A DNA stretch of 64,000 nt from Monocercomonoides exilis PA203. Lineage: Eukaryota; Protista; Preaxostyla. This document shows, in pieces, positions 62,481 to 64,000 of this stretch. Location: positions 310,001 through 374,000 of the forward strand of contig LSRY02000031.1 of assembly GCA_001643675.2 (NCBI GenBank), in the 5' to 3' direction. Numbering within the stretch: position 1 is the stretch's first letter; every line of letters starts with the position of its first letter. Position numbers and translations under genes: made by a program. Below the pieces are notes generated by a model that worked only from the letters and a program-made list of their open reading frames with translations, ran no database searches and was not told the DNA's origin.

Positions 62481-64000
62481 TGGTGGCAGTCAAAGGAGGT
62501 TTTGTAATGAACGGAATGAGTGCTGCATTTGAACATATTTCATCTACTGCTTTTTTCTCCACCTCTGAAGAAGAGGAAGCAAAAGAGCAAGATATTTGAA
62601 TATAACAACATTCAGTTGCCTCACAATCAACTGGCCTTGATGATGATAAGAAGGAAGATGATATGAAAGAAAGTAAAAATATTTGCTGCTCCGTTCTTTC
62701 AGCAGCCGCTCCTTCAAATTGTTCAGATTCGGACGAATAAATTTGGTCATCCAATGCTCCTTCTAAAGATTCTGAGGTTTTCGTGTTTGCGTATCCTTCT
62801 CAGCATCTTCTTCCTTCTCTTTCACTTTCGCTCTCTTCTTCTTCGTTTCCTTTTCTGACTTTTTCAAGTTCTTTGTTAATTTCTTTTCTTAATTCCTTTT
62901 ATAACCTCCTTTCATCTGCTTTGATGGCAATTCACCTCAATCTCCCTCATTTCCTCGACCTCCTTCATCTTCCAAATCATCATTTCACCTCTTCATTTTC
63001 TCCTCATTCTGTCACTTTCGATCTGAGCACTCAACAAAATGAATCAGAATTCTTGTGATTATTAAAAAATAAGGTTCATCTTTCCCTTTTGCTTCTGGCT
63101 CAACAGAACTCTTAATCTGATAGCCAGCCCTTCTTCTGTGTGGATGAAGACATGCAGAATGGGAAGAAAGCAAACCAAGCAGAAAAGCAGAGGAATAAAG
63201 AAAAGAAAAAGAAGAATGGGAAAGTTGCTGCTTATTCCGTGCCTGTGAATGCTTCCAGAGTTACAGCGGCGAACAGCAGAAGAGGTATAATGAATTTCTG
63301 GAGGCTGAGCAAAGTCGCCTTTCCTGCCAAGCACTATCTGAAAGTTGCTGAATTTTTCTGATTGAGTCGCCGAATCAAGTTTATTGTTATCACTCAAGTT
63401 GCCAAGCTGATTCATCCCATTCGTATCTCCATCGCATTATCTTTTTGAAAGAAAATCACTAAACAAAGCAGCTATTTCTTCTGCACTCAGCATCTTCTCC
63501 TCTTTCACCTGTTCTCTGCATCTCCTTCTTCAAAACGCGTTCTGTTCCGCCATGTTGCTTTCTCCTACTCCTGCTCCACGTCTGCCTGCTCATAATTATT
63601 CTCCACAAGTTCACATCTCACCAGCTCTTTTAACCAGTGCACAAAACGTGTTAAGTTTTACCGCTCAACCAGATGCAGCTTCCGCGCACTCATCACATAC
63701 GCAAGTCGGTTGATCAGACGAAGACAATGGTCAACATTATGAGGAGGAGAAGAAAGAGAATGAGAGGAGGAAGAAGAAGGACTTTCTCCTTTATTTGTGT
63801 CAGGATCATCGAAACTTGCGAGTGATGATGATGCTGACGAACATCTTTTGTTGTATATTTTGTGATAAAAAGGCACTCTCTGTTTTTTTTTGCGTTCTTA
63901 TCCGTTGTTTACCCTTCGGATTTCGAAAAGTCAGTCCTTTTTCAGTTTTCCCTTTGTGTTCCTTCTTTTTCTCTTCATTCTTTTCTCCTTCTCTACATCC

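Noticed and set aside
62047-62754. poly-K and poly-L ORFs
   Set aside because: Alternative frames of a (GAA)n low-complexity tract.

Overview
AT-rich eukaryotic genomic DNA with short GT-AG introns. The gene families (giant Pmp-like beta-helix receptor pseudokinase, an acidic helical-repeat family) suggest an oxymonad such as Monocercomonoides; this is inference. Host genes: a ~2600-codon receptor pseudokinase frame broken by two in-frame stops (3515-11311), STIMATE/TMEM110, a SPRY-domain gene, a CTL/SLC44 choline-transporter-like gene, and a TmcB-like multi-pass membrane protein ending in a hemerythrin domain that keeps the Fe1 and bridging ligands but has lost both Fe2 histidines. About 20 kb belongs to one DNA-transposon system defined directly from the sequence. 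It has four elements with AGATGAA...TTCATCT ends and palindromic ~20-bp subterminal arrays; three have 3-bp ANT target-site duplications (AAT, ATT, AGT). Two elements (20953-26152 and an inverted, decayed copy at 45014-50465) encode a PIF/Harbinger-related DDE_Tnp_4 transposase and carry the juxtamembrane/TM segment of the receptor family. The other two (31297-40672, with 35765-40569 nested inside it) lack a transposase and carry beta-helix ectodomain modules of similar proteins. Together they look like a Pack-type shuttle for surface-receptor modules. Also present: a ~1 kb foldback hairpin interrupted by a pogo-like MITE, two GGG...CCC MITE families with AWWT TSDs, a triple-nested insertion, a second cargo-bearing TIR element, a Merlin transposase relic and long microsatellites.
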